Made by a program: the position numbers and the translations under genes. Of a stretch of 62,213 nucleotides of DNA, positions 38,957 through 47,419 are shown piece after piece. The stretch's first letter is position 1. Each line of letters starts with the position of its first letter. Below the pieces are notes generated by a model. It saw only the letters and a program-made list of their open reading frames with translations, had not been told where the DNA came from and made no database searches. This stretch comes from Gammaproteobacteria bacterium (lineage in GTDB: Bacteria; Pseudomonadota; Gammaproteobacteria; Burkholderiales; SG8-39), in NCBI GenBank assembly GCA_041499655.1, contig JBGQKQ010000002.1, positions 1-62,213 on the forward strand, in the 5' to 3' direction.

Positions 38957-40045
38957 TCAAAGCTCGGCGTGAACGCGCAGCAGGTTCGGAATCGTCTCCG
39001 GCGGCCGCCGCCCGAAGCCGCACTCGGTGGCGATGCCGAAGTCGCCCGCGTATCTTGCGGCGGCGTCGATGCGCCTTCTCGTCCCCTCGACGCCGTCGGA
39101 GTCGTGCACCAGTCCGAGGAAGAGCTTCGACTTCGGATCGAGCTTCAACCCGGCGAGCGGCCTGAAGTAGGCGTCGTCGTCGCGATCCGCGGGCACCGGC
39201 ACGTGCAGGTAGTCGATCGGGCGCTCGAGCTTCGCGGCGAGCCGGTTGTGGACCTCGACCATGTTGGCGGTGCTCTCGGGCTCCTTCCAGTGCCGTCCGC
39301 CGTAGCTGCCGTAGCACAGGTGGACCCCGAGTTCCGCGTCGCGCGGCACGCGCTGGCAATGAAGGGCGAGACGCTCGATCACGCCCGCCTGCACGTCAGG
39401 AAAGTGCGCATGGCGCACGCCCTCCCACTGTCCCATCTCGGTCGAGACGTCCCACTGGATCGCGAGATCGCGGTGGGGGATCGCCGAGAGGATTTCGTTC
39501 ACCTCGGAAAAAAGCCGCTCGCGGTAGATCGGCTCCACGACCGCGTGGTGCTCGTAGACGAGGTGCGCGTTCAGGAACGCTGCGGTGGTCGGCAGCGCGA
39601 CCTGCAGGCGGAGGTGGCTTAGGACGATGCCTTCCATGCGCAGCCGGCAAAATATCTGATAAGAGTCGATCGCCGCCTCGGGGTAGCCGAGGCGCCCGAT
39701 GCGGATGTCCTGCGGCCTCACCCCGGCGCGAAGCCGCAGGCGCGGAGGCGGCGGCGCACCGCGGGGAACGATCGCGCTCCCCTTCCAGGTCCGGGTGCCT
39801 TCGGTCGGGTGGGTGATGCGCCCTCCCGCGGCGACTTCCCGCGGGTCGTCCTCGAAAGCGGGGTTGTTCTCCAGCACGAAACGCAGGCGAGCGACCCATG
39901 AGGTGCGCGGCCCGGTCTCGCCGTCCGGCATGCGCCGCATGCGCGATCCGAGCAAGGGTCCGACCGCGCGGAAGACTTCCTCGCTGTTCTTCAAGCCCAC
40001 GCTGCCGACGAGCAGCACTTCACGGGAGCGGCTATCGGGCTTCAC
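38957..40045 (-). CDS. Hypothetical protein with MetE-like (cobalamin-independent methionine synthase C-terminal/UROD-fold) Zn-ligand pattern
   Basis: 362 aa. GVHLCYGSYGG (His-x-Cys) and IATECGFGRR (Cys) resemble the MetE zinc ligands. No closer family recognised. Confidence 0.5.
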   Translation of the reverse strand: MKPDSRSREVLLVGSVGLKNSEEVFRAVGPLLGSRMRRMPDGETGPRTSWVARLRFVLENNPAFEDDPREVAAGGRITHPTEGTRTWKGSAIVPRGAPPPPRLRLRAGVRPQDIRIGRLGYPEAAIDSYQIFCRLRMEGIVLSHLRLQVALPTTAAFLNAHLVYEHHAVVEPIYRERLFSEVNEILSAIPHRDLAIQWDVSTEMGQWEGVRHAHFPDVQAGVIERLALHCQRVPRDAELGVHLCYGSYGGRHWKEPESTANMVEVHNRLAAKLERPIDYLHVPVPADRDDDAYFRPLAGLKLDPKSKLFLGLVHDSDGVEGTRRRIDAAARYAGDFGIATECGFGRRPPETIPNLLRVHAEL

Positions 40046-40082
40046 GCCCGCATTGTAGATGCAGCGCGGACTTGAAGAGGGG

Positions 40083-40868
40083 TCAGCTCGAGTGCTGGCC
40101 GGCCGTCTCTTCGGAACCGACTACCGGCGTGCGCGACGGGCCGACGCGTCCGACGAGCGGGAGCTTCAGCGCGGGATCGAAAGGATTGATCCCGAACGTG
40201 AGGCCGAGCAGATTCACCTCGAGCCCCTCGACGCCGCTGACCGTGATCCCGGCCAGGCCGAAGAGCGAGAGCTGAAAGCCCTTGCCGCTCGGGGCCGAGC
40301 CGAGGAGCTTCGCCCCGGAGTAGTCCTTGCCGATCGCAGTCGGCGGCAGGTCGGCCTCGAGCTCGGGCACGGCGCGCAGCACCCACGCGGTGAAGGTGTT
40401 GGAATTCGGGCCGGGCCACATGGTGTACTCGCCTGCCCAGGGATACGCGCGCGCGGCCTCGTCGATACGCGGGACCAGCGCCGCCGCGCCGGGCCCCCGC
40501 TTCTCGGCGATCAGCTCGGGCACACTCCCGAACCAGCGGGCGTCGGGCGCGCGGTGCCTGACCGCGAGCGCCGAGTCCTGCCAGCGCAGCCGCCAGCCGA
40601 TGATCTCGTAGACGGTGTACTCGCCTGCGGCAGCGGGCTTCACCGCAATCCAGGTGTGCACCCCGAAGACGCCGCGCCAGCCGATGACGCGGGCCGCGTA
40701 GACCTGGACGACCGCTTCAGCGTGAGCGGAGGGATCGGGGGCGAGCCCGACCGGCTCCTGGCTTGCGGTACGCCAATCCTGCGCGGTGACCCGCCCCACC
40801 ATCGCGCCGCCGAGAGCAAGCGAGCCTGCGACAACGAGATAACTGACGATGCCCACGCGACGCCTCAT
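40083..40868 (-). CDS. DUF3750-like membrane-anchored protein
   Basis: ATG 40868 (MRRRVGIVSYLVVAGSLALGG...). HTWIAVKP...YTVYEIIGW...WPGPNSNTFTAWVLRAVPEL...LPPTAIGKDY matches my recollection of DUF3750. Confidence 0.6.
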   Translation of the reverse strand: MRRRVGIVSYLVVAGSLALGGAMVGRVTAQDWRTASQEPVGLAPDPSAHAEAVVQVYAARVIGWRGVFGVHTWIAVKPAAAGEYTVYEIIGWRLRWQDSALAVRHRAPDARWFGSVPELIAEKRGPGAAALVPRIDEAARAYPWAGEYTMWPGPNSNTFTAWVLRAVPELEADLPPTAIGKDYSGAKLLGSAPSGKGFQLSLFGLAGITVSGVEGLEVNLLGLTFGINPFDPALKLPLVGRVGPSRTPVVGSEETAGQHSS

Positions 40869-40956
40869 TGATCTTTCGTTGTTCGTTCTACCCCTGGAAC
40901 GTGACAGCTTCATTTTGTTCAACGGGACCGAAGAGCGCGGGTTGACACGCGCGCCC

Positions 40957-41805
40957 TTAGTCGAACGCCTTGTCGCCTTCGCCCGACAGCCGGCCTGTCG
41001 TACTCACGGCGGCGAAATCGAACACCTTGCGGTCCATCAGGTGCGAAGGCACGAGGTTGGAGAGCGCGCGGAACATCGAGTCCACGCGCCCCGGGTGGCG
41101 CTTTTCCCATTCGCGCAGCATCTGCTTGACCTGCTTCCGCTGCAGCGTCGGCTGCGAGCCGCACAGGTCGCAGGGGATGATCGGGAACTGCTTCACTTCG
41201 GCATAGGCTTCCAGGTCGGACTCGGCCACGTAGGCGAGCGGACGGATCACGACATGCTGCCCGTCGTCCGACTGGAGCTTGGGCGACATCGCCTTCATCT
41301 TGCCGCCGAAGAAAAGGTTGAGGAAGAAAGTTTCGAGGATGTCATCGCGGTGATGGCCCAGCGCGATCTTGGTCGCGCCCAGCTCGCGCGCCACGCGGTA
41401 GAGCACGCCGCGACGGAGCCGCGAGCACAGGCTGCACATCGTTTCGCCTTCGGGGACGAGGCGCTTCACGACCGAATACGTATCCTGCACCTCGATCCGG
41501 AAGGGAATCCCGAGCGAGGTGAGGTAGTCCGGAAGAACCTGCTCGGGATAGCCCGGGTGGCGCTGATCGAGGTTCACGGCGATGAGCTCGAAGCAGAGCG
41601 GCGCGCGTGCTCGAAGCTTCATCAGCACGTCGAGCAATCCGTAGCTGTCCTTGCCTCCCGAGAGGCACACCATGACGCGATCGCCTGCCGCGATCATGCC
41701 GTAGTCGCCGATCGCCTCGCCGACCTGGCGGCACAGCCGCTTCTCGAGCTTGCCCGCCTCGAATCGCTCTTTGCGGGTGAAATGGATTTTTTCCGGTGCG
41801 TTCAT
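40957..41805 (-). CDS. ttcA: tRNA 2-thiocytidine(32) synthetase TtcA
   Basis: [50 protein letters not shown] (PP-loop), plus the [10 protein letters not shown] and CDLCGSQ cysteine pairs. ATG 41805. Confidence 0.9.
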   Translation of the reverse strand: MNAPEKIHFTRKERFEAGKLEKRLCRQVGEAIGDYGMIAAGDRVMVCLSGGKDSYGLLDVLMKLRARAPLCFELIAVNLDQRHPGYPEQVLPDYLTSLGIPFRIEVQDTYSVVKRLVPEGETMCSLCSRLRRGVLYRVARELGATKIALGHHRDDILETFFLNLFFGGKMKAMSPKLQSDDGQHVVIRPLAYVAESDLEAYAEVKQFPIIPCDLCGSQPTLQRKQVKQMLREWEKRHPGRVDSMFRALSNLVPSHLMDRKVFDFAAVSTTGRLSGEGDKAFD

Positions 41806-41816
41806 TGACGTATACG

Positions 41817-41840
41817 AACAAGGGGGCACACCCCCTTGTT
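41817..41840. other. Perfect 10-bp GC-rich stem-loop between the pteridine reductase gene and ttcA
   Basis: AACAAGGGGG-caca-CCCCCTTGTT. It lies 11 nt upstream of the ttcA ATG and has no U-tract on either strand. Confidence 0.6.
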
Positions 41841-41878
41841 GATCCCCCAGTTTAGAGAAGTACTCAATAGGGACATAC

Positions 41879-42628
41879 TCATATGTTGATGCTTCTTCCG
41901 CCGTCCACCGAAATGATCTGCCCGGTCACGTACGGCGCCTCGGCGATGAGATAGTAAACGGCTCGGGCGATGTCGTCGGGCTCGCCGGTGCGCCGCAGCA
42001 GCGTGTGCGACACGATGCGCTGGCGCGTAAGATCGTCCCACGAGCCGTCCTCGGGCCAGACGATGGCGCCGGGCGCGACGCCGTTCACGCGCACCTCGGG
42101 CGCAAGCTCGCGTGCGAGCGAGCGCGTCAACCCGGCGAGCCCCGTCTTGGCGACCGAATAGATCACGTAGCTCTTGAGCGGGCGCTCGGCGTGGATGTCG
42201 GTGATGTTCACGATCGCCCCGCCGGTCTTCTTGAGGTGGGGCGCCGCTGCCTGCGAGAGGAAAAGCGGCGCCCTCAGATTCGCGCCGATCAGGCTTTCCC
42301 AGTTGGCAGGCGTCATCTCGCCGACGGGCGTGGGAAAGAAGGCCGAAGCGTTGTTGACCAGCGCGTCGAGCCGATCGAAGCGGTTGACGGTGTTCCTCAC
42401 GATCTCGGGCAGGCCCGGCACATCGAGCAGATCCGCCTGCACCAGTGCCACGGAATTGCCGCGCGCCGCGTTCAATTCCTCGCGCAGCGCCTTCGCCTCG
42501 CGCTCCGATCCGCGGTAATGCAGCATCAGGTTCGCGCCTCCGCGATGCAGGCGGCGCGCGATCGCCGCGCCGACGCGCTTCGCGCCCCCGGTGACGAGCA
42601 CAACTTTCCCTGAAAGCGATTCGCTCAT
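41879..42628 (-). CDS. Short-chain dehydrogenase, pteridine reductase-like (FolM/PTR1 type)
   Basis: 249 aa. [45 protein letters not shown] (YxxxK). Confidence 0.75.
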   Translation of the reverse strand: MSESLSGKVVLVTGGAKRVGAAIARRLHRGGANLMLHYRGSEREAKALREELNAARGNSVALVQADLLDVPGLPEIVRNTVNRFDRLDALVNNASAFFPTPVGEMTPANWESLIGANLRAPLFLSQAAAPHLKKTGGAIVNITDIHAERPLKSYVIYSVAKTGLAGLTRSLARELAPEVRVNGVAPGAIVWPEDGSWDDLTRQRIVSHTLLRRTGEPDDIARAVYYLIAEAPYVTGQIISVDGGRSINI

Positions 42629-42667
42629 GGCCTAGAATGATACCGGAATAGTCTTTCCATTCCCGAC

Positions 42668-43813
42668 ATGGCACTTCCCGAACCTACGCCCGACGCGCGC
42701 GCGCACAGCGATCGCGTCGCAGCGCATGTTCGCGGCGAAATCGCCGCGAGCGGCGGCTGGATCAGCTTCGCGCGCTACATGGAGCTCGCACTCTACGCGC
42801 CGGGCCTGGGCTACTACAGCGCCGGGGCGAGAAAGCTCGGCAAGGCGGGGGATTTCGTGACCGCGCCCGAGATCTCGCCGCTGTACGGGCAGACGCTCGC
42901 GCGGCAGGTGCATCAGATCATGCAGGCGGGATTCGACGAGGTGCTCGAAGTGGGCGCGGGAAGCGGAGCGCTCGCGGCCACGCTGCTCGAAGAGCTCGAG
43001 CGCTCGGGAAAAATCCCACGCAACTATCTCATCCTCGAGCTCTCCGCCGATCTGCGCGAGCGCAGCCGCGACACGCTCGCCGCGCGGGTACCGCACCTGC
43101 TCGAGCGCGTGGCCTGGCTGAACCGCCTGCCTCCCGCGTTCTCCGGCGTCGTGCTCGGCAACGAGGTCCTCGATGCCATGCCGGTTCACGTCGTCCGCGT
43201 CCATGGCGGGAAAATCGAGGAAGGCGGAGTCGGCGCGCGTAACGAGCGCCTCGACTGGTCCTGGCGGCTGGCCTCGGGCGAGTTGCTCGACGCCGCGCGC
43301 GCGCTCGAGCTTCCCGAGGGCTTCCGCACCGAGATCCCCCTCGTCGTTCGCGGCTTCCTGCGCTCGCTCGCCGGCGTGCTGGAGAAAGGCGTGGCCCTGT
43401 TTATCGACTACGGTTTTCCTCAGAGGGAGTACTACCATCCGCAGCGCAAAGAGGGCACGCTCATGTGCCACTATCGCCACCATGCTCACGCCGATCCCTT
43501 CTTTCTTCCGGGACTGCAGGACATCACCAGCCACGTCGATTTCAGTGCGGTTGCAGCAGCCGCTCGAGCGAGCGGGCTCGAGCTCGCCGGCTATACGAGC
43601 CAGGCGCAGTTCCTGGTCAACTGCGGCATCACCGAGGTGATGTCGCGCACGCCGGCCGAGGATGGCGCGGCCTTCCTGCCCCTCGCCAGCCAGGCAAACC
43701 GCCTGATGAGCCCAGCGGAAATGGGCGAGCTGTTCAAGGCGATCGCGTTCAGCCGGGGATTCCCGGCCCCGCTTCTGGGCTTTCACGAGGGGGACCGGCG
43801 GCAGGCTCTGTAA
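42668..43813 (+). CDS. Class I SAM-dependent methyltransferase, MidA/NDUFAF7 family (DUF185)
   Basis: 381 aa. YYSAGARKLGKAGDFVTAPEISPLYG...EVGAGSGALA...NEVLDAMPVH. Confidence 0.8.
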   Translation: MALPEPTPDARAHSDRVAAHVRGEIAASGGWISFARYMELALYAPGLGYYSAGARKLGKAGDFVTAPEISPLYGQTLARQVHQIMQAGFDEVLEVGAGSGALAATLLEELERSGKIPRNYLILELSADLRERSRDTLAARVPHLLERVAWLNRLPPAFSGVVLGNEVLDAMPVHVVRVHGGKIEEGGVGARNERLDWSWRLASGELLDAARALELPEGFRTEIPLVVRGFLRSLAGVLEKGVALFIDYGFPQREYYHPQRKEGTLMCHYRHHAHADPFFLPGLQDITSHVDFSAVAAAARASGLELAGYTSQAQFLVNCGITEVMSRTPAEDGAAFLPLASQANRLMSPAEMGELFKAIAFSRGFPAPLLGFHEGDRRQAL

Positions 43814-43823
43814 GGTGTAGGCT

Positions 43824-44486
43824 ATGACCCGCGACCAAGGCGGAACGGAAGCAAGAGGACCTTCGATGGAACCGTCGCAGACACCATGGATCAGCATCCA
43901 CCCGCTGGTCGTGCGCATCACGCACTGGGTCAACGCGCTCGCCATCCTCATCATGGTGACGAGCGGCTGGCGCATCTACAACGCCTCTCCCCTCTTCCCT
44001 TTCAGGATCCCGAACGAGCTCACACTGGGGGGTTGGCTCGCGGGCGCGCTGCAATGGCACTTCGCCGCGATGTGGCTGCTCGTCCTGAACGGCATCGTCT
44101 ACGTGACCTACGGGATCGTGTCCGGACACTTCCGCAGGAAGCTCTTTCCGATCACCCCGCGCGCCGTGCTGCGCGACGTGCGGGAGGCCTTCCGCGGCAA
44201 GCTCGCCCACGAGGACCTGTCGATGTACAACGCGGCGCAGCGCGCCGCCTACCTCGCGATCATCTTCTGTCTCGTCGTCCTCGTCTTCACGGGACTCGTC
44301 ATCTGGAAGCCGGTGCAGTTCCACGAGATCGGCCGGTTCATGGGCGACTACGAAGGTGCGCGCTTCCTGCACTTCGGCGCCATGGCGCTGATGGTGTTCA
44401 TCGTGCTCGTACACATCGCCATGGTGATCCTCGTGCCGCGCACTTTCCCGACGATGATCACCGGCCGCGCAAGGAGGGCCTCATGA
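43824..44486 (+). CDS. Cytochrome b561/Ni-hydrogenase-type b cytochrome membrane subunit
   Basis: 220 aa. RITHWVNALAILIMVTSGW...HFAAMW...HIAMV (heme-ligand histidines), four TM segments. ATG 43866 is an alternative start. Confidence 0.75.
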   Translation: MTRDQGGTEARGPSMEPSQTPWISIHPLVVRITHWVNALAILIMVTSGWRIYNASPLFPFRIPNELTLGGWLAGALQWHFAAMWLLVLNGIVYVTYGIVSGHFRRKLFPITPRAVLRDVREAFRGKLAHEDLSMYNAAQRAAYLAIIFCLVVLVFTGLVIWKPVQFHEIGRFMGDYEGARFLHFGAMALMVFIVLVHIAMVILVPRTFPTMITGRARRAS

Positions 44487-45241
44487 AGAAACGCACCATG
44501 GAGACGAGCCTCGCGGCGCAGCCGCCCCGGCTCATCCGCTCGGTCGAGCGGCGCCTCTTCCTCAGGCAGGGACTGTCGCTCGGCGCCCTGGCCATGCTCT
44601 CGGGCTGCAACCTGACCGACGACGAAAGCGTGCAGCGGGTGCTCGAGGGCATGTCGCGCTGGAACGACCGCGCCCAGGGCTGGATCTTCAGCCCGACCAA
44701 GCTCGCTCCGGAATTCCCGGAGAGCGCGATCACCAAGCCCTTCCCCTTCAACGCGTTCTACACCGAGGACGAGATCACCGCCGTCGACGGCAAGAGCTAC
44801 CAGCTCGAACTCGCCGGCATGATCCGCGACAAGAAACCCTGGACCCTGCCCGAGCTCTACGCGCTGCCGCAGACTTCGCAAATCACCCGCCACATCTGCA
44901 TCGAGGGCTGGAGCGCGATCGGCAAGTGGAGCGGCGTACGCTTCTCGGATTTCCTCTCGCGCATCGGCGCCGACACCACCGCGAAATACATCGCCTTCGA
45001 CTGCGCCGACGACTACTCGACCAGCATCGACATGGCTACGGCGCTGCACCCGCAGACGCTGCTTACCTTCCGCTTCGCCGACGAGATCCTGCCGCCGAAG
45101 TACGGCTTCCCCATGAAGCTGCGCATCCCCACCAAGCTCGGCTTCAAGAACCCCAAGCACATCGTGGCCATGGAGGTCACGAACGATTATCCGGGCGGCT
45201 ACTGGGAAGACCAGGGCTACAACTGGTTCAGCGGGTCCTGA
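44483..45241 (+). CDS. Molybdopterin-dependent oxidoreductase (sulfite-oxidase fold, YedY/MsrP-like catalytic subunit)
   Basis: ATG 44483 is preceded by AAGGAGGG and forms ATGA with the cytochrome b stop. RRLFLRQGLSLGALAML is a Tat-like signal. ITRHICIEGWSAIGKWSGVRF is the Mo-cofactor cysteine region. The track start 43886 is over-extended. Confidence 0.8.
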   Translation: MKKRTMETSLAAQPPRLIRSVERRLFLRQGLSLGALAMLSGCNLTDDESVQRVLEGMSRWNDRAQGWIFSPTKLAPEFPESAITKPFPFNAFYTEDEITAVDGKSYQLELAGMIRDKKPWTLPELYALPQTSQITRHICIEGWSAIGKWSGVRFSDFLSRIGADTTAKYIAFDCADDYSTSIDMATALHPQTLLTFRFADEILPPKYGFPMKLRIPTKLGFKNPKHIVAMEVTNDYPGGYWEDQGYNWFSGS

Positions 45242-45268
45242 GGTCGCGGCGTCACATTTGAGGTGGCA

Positions 45269-45541
45269 CTAACGGTTGCCCGCGCGCGCCGCTTTTGCGC
45301 GCGTCCGCGTAGCCCGCTTTGTCAGACCGCGGCGCGTCCCTTCTGCGCGCATGAGCGAACGAAGCGCCTTGTTCACCGCGCTCGAATTCCTGAACCGTCT
45401 GTGCACATCCGGTTCGAGCACAACGACGTTGCTGCTTTCCATGTAGCGTTGGTAGTTCTTTCCGCGTACACCGCCCGAGAAATCGTACTCCGGGCGCATT
45501 TCTGGTTCCTTGGCCTTAAGTTTCATAGTCTTTTCGTTCAT
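45269..45541 (-). CDS. brnA: BrnA-type antitoxin
   Basis: 90 aa. MRPEYDFSGGVRGKNY motif. Overlaps the brnT 3' end by 26 nt. Confidence 0.75.
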   Translation of the reverse strand: MNEKTMKLKAKEPEMRPEYDFSGGVRGKNYQRYMESSNVVVLEPDVHRRFRNSSAVNKALRSLMRAEGTRRGLTKRATRTRAKAARAGNR

Positions 45542-45785
45542 TAGCTGTGGCTCTACGAGCCGAAATAATGCGAATGGTATCCCCTTGTTCGGTATGGCAC
45601 ACGACCAGAAGAGTTCCCGAGCTGGAGTGCCCTATGGTAACGAACCGCTCCTGGCCAACTGAGTGATCTGGGTCGCACACCGTGACGGCCAGCGAATCTC
45701 CAAATACGGTTGTGCCCTCTTGAAATGCAATTCCGTGGACTCGCTTGTTACGGCGTTCCTTGTTCGGATCCCAAGTGAAACGCAT
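45516..45785 (-). CDS. brnT: BrnT-family (DUF497) ribonuclease toxin
   Basis: 89 aa. MRFTWDPNKERRNKRVHGIAFQEGTTVF...IRIISARRATANERKDY. Confidence 0.85.
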   Translation of the reverse strand: MRFTWDPNKERRNKRVHGIAFQEGTTVFGDSLAVTVCDPDHSVGQERFVTIGHSSSGTLLVVCHTEQGDTIRIISARRATANERKDYET

Positions 45786-45876
45786 CTACGTCTGAGTGAA
45801 GAGCCTTGCGCGGTCTAACGTCCCGGTTCGGGTGCGCCGGCAGGCGTCGCCCGCAACCGGCGATTAGCACCCAGTT

Positions 45877-46530
45877 TCATTCGGCTACCTCGATGACCTG
45901 CCCATTGGCGTTGACAAAGAGTGCCGTAATCTGAGTGCGTTGCTTAGCTAGGCGTGGCAAGCGGTCCCAGAGCCTGCGAAATTGCTGAACGTCCGGCAGA
46001 GCAATCGAATATTTTGACGCCGGATCATTCATTCTTTGAAGGGTCTCGCCCAGAATGCCAATGAAGTAGTTCACTCGCATCTCCGGCCGAGAGCCGATGC
46101 CTTTCACCTCGACGACCCATCTTTTCTCGTCGCGCACAGCTTTAATGTCGATGCCGCGTTCGTGGCCCCAAGCAACTTCAGCTTCCCAACCGGTTGAACG
46201 AAACCACTCGCGAAGATGGTGCTTCAACCTGTCCTCAGACAGATCTTCGCCTGATGCGCTGGCGGAGATCTTCGGCCCTTCCTGCATTGGCGCCTCCGCC
46301 GCGCCGCTCAAGTAGTTGCCTATCAAACCGTCGTCACGCCGCCGACGAATAAGGCGTCTCTTTTTCGCAAGTCCGCGCGCGGCAATATTCACCGATTGCT
46401 GCGGCGCTGAAGCACCCTGCAAATGATTCGCTATCTGACGGTCGCTTAGGCCAGGGGTTTTGCTGACCAGCAAGAGGACGCGCTGAGGCAGAGATGCCAT
46501 AAGATTTCGAATGCTGATTTTTGTCAGCAC
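45877..46530 (-). CDS. Hypothetical winged-helix + PD-(D/E)xK-like nuclease-fold protein
   Basis: 217 aa (207 aa from ATG 46500). N-terminal wHTH-like LLVSKTPGLSDRQIANHL. C-terminal ERGIDIKAVRDEKRWVVEVKG (D...E-V-K). ~54% GC. Confidence 0.6.
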   Translation of the reverse strand: MLTKISIRNLMASLPQRVLLLVSKTPGLSDRQIANHLQGASAPQQSVNIAARGLAKKRRLIRRRRDDGLIGNYLSGAAEAPMQEGPKISASASGEDLSEDRLKHHLREWFRSTGWEAEVAWGHERGIDIKAVRDEKRWVVEVKGIGSRPEMRVNYFIGILGETLQRMNDPASKYSIALPDVQQFRRLWDRLPRLAKQRTQITALFVNANGQVIEVAE

Positions 46531-46534
46531 TCAG

Positions 46535-46612
46535 TCACAATCGACGTGCTACGTAAATCAAGATGGCGACCAAGATCAATCCCGTCAAAGCACCATACGC
46601 CAAGTACCGCAT
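46535..46612 (-). CDS. Unannotated 25-aa hydrophobic small ORF (MRYLAYGALTGLILVAILIYVARRL)
   Basis: Not in the ORF track (too short). ATG 46612 is preceded by AGGAGGAG with a 5-nt gap. One TM-length hydrophobic stretch ends in RR. Its stop lies 4 nt upstream of GTG 46530, the start of the next gene. Confidence 0.5.
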   Translation of the reverse strand: MRYLAYGALTGLILVAILIYVARRL

Positions 46613-46762
46613 CTGCTCCTCCTACTGCGTGCTAACTAGCAATGAACGTCACTCATCCCATCGTAAAACCATGTATCAGTATATGCAAACATCTACCGGT
46701 ACATAGCACCCTATGCCGCTATATATCGGTGTCCGACGGATTCCAGCCGGTATAATTTTCTG

Positions 46763-47419
46763 ATGCGTCTCATCTCAGTCGCTGCTCTGCTTTTCGCGAC
46801 AGCCGCTTCCGCCCAGGATCCGGCGTTGCTGGTCGCCGAAGCGAAGAAGCGCTGGGCCGAAAGCCCTCACGGCCCGATGCTCGAGCGGATTCTTCCGCCC
46901 ACTTTCGAGCCGCGACAGCTTCCCGCGCCGAAGTCGCGCGGCGCGCGCCTTGTCGTCCAGTACTGCATGCAGTGCCACAACCTGCCCAACCCGGCGATGC
47001 ATCACGCGGCAAAGTGGCCGACGATTCTCGAGCGCATGGTTTTGCGCATGCGGGGCAAGGGGAACATGGGCGAGCTGATGCACGAGATGATGGCGGGGGT
47101 GCAGGCGCCCACCGACGAGGAGGCGGGTGTTCTTCTCGCGTATCTGCGAAGGAATGCTCAGAAGCCGATCGACCCGAAGAAGTACCCGGAAATTTTCAGC
47201 GCCGAGGGCCGCTCGTTCAAGCTCGCGTGCGAGCAGTGCCACGTGCTTCCCGACCCGATGCGCCACACCGCCGCCGAGTGGCCGGCGGTGGTCGCGCGCA
47301 TGGAAAAAAATATGGAGTGGATGAACCGCGTCGTCGGCAACCAGCATCCTCCCGACGAACCGCAGCTCAGGATCGACGAGATCAACGCCTTCCTGGTCAG
47401 GCACGCCCGGAAGGGCTAG
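46763..47419 (+). CDS. Periplasmic diheme c-type cytochrome
   Basis: 218 aa. Signal peptide MRLISVAALLFATAASA. Two CxxCH sites (CMQCH, CEQCH) in two similar repeats. Confidence 0.8.
   Translation: MRLISVAALLFATAASAQDPALLVAEAKKRWAESPHGPMLERILPPTFEPRQLPAPKSRGARLVVQYCMQCHNLPNPAMHHAAKWPTILERMVLRMRGKGNMGELMHEMMAGVQAPTDEEAGVLLAYLRRNAQKPIDPKKYPEIFSAEGRSFKLACEQCHVLPDPMRHTAAEWPAVVARMEKNMEWMNRVVGNQHPPDEPQLRIDEINAFLVRHARKG

Noticed and set aside
36415-39165. 916-aa plus-strand ORF. Similar giant ORFs occur at 56899-59661 (+, 920 aa), 29926-32046 (+, 706 aa), 49511-51796 (+, 761 aa), 3461-5332 (+, 623 aa) and 59964-61253 (-, 429 aa).
   Set aside because: All lie antisense to clearly identified genes (aminotransferase/Bug, uvrD/FecR, the RND pump, cca/SDR, xerC/DUF484/dapF, leuS). 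All have the Arg/His/Gly/Asp/Glu-rich low-information composition of GC-rich antisense frames.
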